Of a DNA stretch of 64,000 bases, positions 62,510 to 64,000 are shown one piece after another. Numbering within the stretch: the first letter of the stretch is position 1; every line of letters starts with the position of its first letter. Where the stretch lies: positions 89,840,001 to 89,904,000 of the forward strand of contig NC_086108.1 of the NCBI RefSeq assembly GCF_963921235.1, read 5' to 3'. A program made the translations under genes and the position numbers. The notes under the pieces were generated by a model. That model saw nothing but the letters and a program-made list of their open reading frames with translations, was not told where the DNA came from and ran no database searches. Origin of the DNA: Mobula hypostoma. Taxonomy: Eukaryota.

Positions 62510-64000
62510 AGTAAGACACATACAAAGAGCATGTCTGGCAAACTAAAGGACATGTGCTGCACAGGGAAGAGAAAAAAATTCAAGTCAAGTTGTAGTTTAA
62601 AAAGAGCACTAATCTGCATGCTGTTGGTAAAAAAAAATCTGATAATGATAAGACTGACAGACCTGTGCAGACTTGAGATTTACAATGTGAAAACTAACAA
62701 TGTGACAAGCAATATGGCTTACATCAGAAGTGAATGGCAAATTAATTAAAATAGAGGTGGACACTGGCTCGGTTGTTTCAGCCATTCCACAAAATAAGTT
62801 TGAGTGACATTTCAAAGTTACTGAACTGAAGCCTGCAGATATCCAGCTATGAACTTACACTGGAGAAAAGATAACTCCTGTGGGAATGACATTCATAATA
62901 GTGAAATACAACAACCAACAAGACACATTGGGATTGTATATGTAAAGGCATGAGGACCAGCATTGTGAGGATGTGATTGGCTGAGACAACTACAACTTCA
63001 TTAGAGATCCATCGACTATTTGCAATGAAAGCAAATTAAGAAAGGTAGCGGATGATACCACAGCAGTGCTCAATGATGGCATTGGAATGCTCAAAGATAT
63101 CAGGAGCAAAATAGTGTTAAATGAAAATGCTGCACCCAGGTTTTACAAAACCCATCCGGTTTCTTATACCATCTGTGAGCTGGGTGGCAAGGCTTTCTTT
63201 CCAAGGTTGAGCAGAGTCCATGAGCAACACTACTGGTCTCAGTCACAAAGAATATTGGGTCTGTCAGGATCACTGGTGACTTTAAGTTGAACATCAATCC
63301 AATGCTGAAAGTAGATCAATAGCCTCTGCCCAGGATAAAAGATATCTTTTTAAACCTTTCTGGAAGGAAACATTGCAGCACAGTGGATTCAGCTGATGCC
63401 AGACTATAGATGGAAATCGAAGAAGAGTTCAACGTGTTACTCACCATAAACACATAAAGGGTTTATTGCTACAATAGGCTTATTTTTGGGGTAGCATCTG
63501 CACCCGCACCCTGGCAGAGAGCCATGGACCAGGTGCTGCAAAGCTGATCAGAGATTCAATGTTGCCTGGATGTCAGCATTGTTACCAGCAAGGATGACAA
63601 AGAACATCTCCAATATCTCAAGACTGTTTTAAAAATATTATGAAGATTATGGGCTCAGAGTATAAAGCAACAAGTATGAATTCTGTAAACCAAGCTTCTC
63701 TTACTTTGGTAGCACCATTGAAACATAAGTTTTACACAAGTGTGCTGAGAAAATTCAAGCAGTGGAGGATGCCCCCATCCCAAGGGAGATGTAACAGTTG
63801 TGGTCCTTTTTAAGATTTGTCGATTACTGCTACAGGCTCCTGCCAAACCTGGCTACTGCGTTCCGGCCCTTGAACTCATTACTACAGATTGAGAAGAAAT
63901 AGCAATAAACAACACAGCAAGAGGTGGCTTTCCAAAAGACAAAGGAAATGGTGACTTCAGACACTCTACTCACAAATTATGATCCACACTACCCAGTGAA

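Larger units (their letters stand above)
60569..64000 (+). mobile_element. Decayed Gypsy/Ty3 LTR retrotransposon (5' LTR, gag, protease, RT; runs off the window)
   Basis: LTR TG...CA at about 60569-60801 with a degenerate PBS after it. gag from about 61007 (AGYIGKIDAF...LLSALGGKAYRLLRNL). Protease IEVDTGS near 62751. RT PLPRIKDIF and RLIFGVASAP..WQRAMDQVL. Many stops and frameshifts. Confidence 0.88.

Noticed and set aside
27000..64000. miR-137, expected from mammalian synteny
   Set aside because: The mature sequence TTATTGCTTAAGAATACGCGTAG was not seen on either strand.

Overview
Repeat-dense vertebrate genomic DNA. The CR1 LINE, Rex1/Babar LINE, V-SINE (HE1/SacSINE-like) and Penelope-derived repeats point to a cartilaginous fish, probably a ray or shark; this is an inference. 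Only one host coding exon is recognisable: the first coding exon of SNX7 (minus strand, 26655-26774), in a CpG-island promoter with NRF1 and ETS-CRE motifs. Bases 1-26654 are then SNX7 intron 1 (exon 2 was not found in the window) and the rest is upstream intergenic DNA. Most of the window is nested transposable elements: CR1, Rex1/Babar and RTE LINEs, tRNA SINEs, Tigger/pogo, hAT/Charlie, Tc1, a non-autonomous Helitron, a solo LTR with a minisatellite and a decayed Gypsy element. The most interesting signals are RNA-structural. One is an apparently intact HDV-like ribozyme fold at the 5' end of a TSD-flanked short retroelement (62316-62500, minus). The other is an intact minimal hammerhead ribozyme core at the centre of a young, palindromic, TSD-flanked Penelope-type insertion, in sense orientation in the SNX7 intron (8902-8943, minus). 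Several decayed hammerhead relatives occur elsewhere. pogo/Tigger elements here also carry hAT-derived modules. All family names come from motif recognition by eye, not from database searches.
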